Shown: in pieces, positions 62,697 to 64,000 of the stretch | How positions within the stretch are numbered: position 1 is the stretch's first letter | Layout of the letters: every line of letters starts with the position of its first letter | Assembly (NCBI GenBank): GCA_012295275.1 | Contig: CM022672.1 | Location: forward strand, 13,206,001-13,270,000 | Reading direction: 5' to 3' | From: Chrysomallon squamiferum | Taxonomy: Eukaryota; Animalia; Mollusca | Length of the DNA stretch: 64,000 bases | Notes under the pieces: generated by a model | Seen by the model: only the letters and a program-made list of their open reading frames with translations | Told to the model about the DNA's origin: nothing | Databases searched by the model: none | Program-made: the position numbers and the translations under genes

Positions 62697-64000
62697 GTAC
62701 TTTGTTGATATTTTTCGTATGTAATGCCTAAAAAACACATTATTTCAGTCTGTATATTTTCTTGCTTGAACATCCGGCATTGTGTAGATGTCGATCGTGA
62801 CATTGTCTCAGATAAAACATAAAATTATTGAAAAATGACGATTTTTGGGGGCTTTTTAAAATGTAAACATGATTTTTATGATGTTTAGATTATATTTTCG
62901 ATTTCATAAAAAGTTTTGAAAGTCGTAGCTGTGTAGAATTTCGTAAATTACTGTTGCCCTAGATTGCAACCTTTGTTACCTGCTTGTCCTAAATTTTTAT
63001 GTAGTTGTGGAGTCACGAGAACAGTAATACTGGCTGTATTTTGACTGTATAGAACAAGTAGGTAGAAAGTCGGTGTATTGGAACTTCAGACTTAAAAAAT
63101 AAATTCTAGTGGGTTGTTTATACTAACCCTTGACATAATAATGTGCTTTTTTTTGCCTTCGTCACCAGGCGGTTAACAAAATTACTCAGTAACAAGTTCT
63201 AACAAATGTACTAGCTCACAATTTGTTATGGAATACCAATATTATATTTGTAAATCTGTGCTTTTTATGTTTATCTTAAAAAACTTTGCTCTGTTATGAC
63301 TTGTGTAGTTACTTGGAAAACTAATGTGACTGTAAGATGAATTTCAAGTAATATTTCAAACAAATCATTTACTTCAACAAAAGAGTAATAAAAAAATAAT
63401 TCTTGCATGTCTTGCAAGTTGTTGAAATTAATAAGATAAAACATTTTTGATAATTTTAAGTGGCATTATATTTAGTTACTTTTATTTACAAGAATACATA
63501 TTTTAGTCTGAATTCATTCTTTTAGACTTGTTTTATTGAAATATATTTCAAATAGACTTGTATAATTGTATTATTCACATCCAGTTGCTCTTACTAAGAG
63601 CTTTATAATGTTTAGGTTTTTTTTTTCACTTTAATTTTTTTAAAAGATAGTTGTAGTACATTTTGCACCCTAACTTAATTTTTAAAATCACTTTTCTGTG
63701 TCTGCACTGAAGGAAAATGTTGAACAAAGACCTTGAGTTTTTAAAAAATTAAGCTCCTAGCCTTATTAATGGTAAGCTGTATTTTTTTTTTTTTGAATTA
63801 AAAGATTCTGTGATAACTTGACAAATAATTAAAATCTGTGATTCAGACAATTTAAAGTTAATAAAAAAATATATTAAATTTTGCATCCTGATAGATAATT
63901 GGAAACAAATTAAACAAATGAATAAAATATAATAACACACATGCTGTGATGAATTGCAGTACCAGCCAGTACCAATATTTGGATCAAAGTAATCTAATTA

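Overview
AT-rich (roughly 70% by eye), intron-rich animal genomic DNA; an invertebrate such as a mollusc is an inference from composition and gene structure. I could assemble nine spliced genes by hand: IDH3B 3' end (+), ARL3 (-), sideroflexin SFXN2-like (+), RABGAP1 (-), alpha-tubulin (+), OGG1 (-), LRRIQ3 (+), MRPS2 (-) and WDR5 (-). A possible first exon of a tenth gene lies near 62.6 kb. Most genes form head-to-head pairs around short CpG-containing promoters with CRE, RFX X-box, ETS and NRF1-like motifs. Repeats include a hAT MITE with a perfect 8-bp TSD, two pogo/Tigger elements, a possible Merlin remnant, a ~40-bp tandem array and microsatellites. The most notable observations are the divergent ARL3/SFXN2 pair (also head-to-head in human), a missing conserved SFXN exon under the tandem array, a SUMO-motif-rich insertion in OGG1, two GC-AG introns and a duplicated exon/donor fragment in RABGAP1. 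I found no convincing wholly novel system. Homology calls rest on recalled sequences, not database searches.
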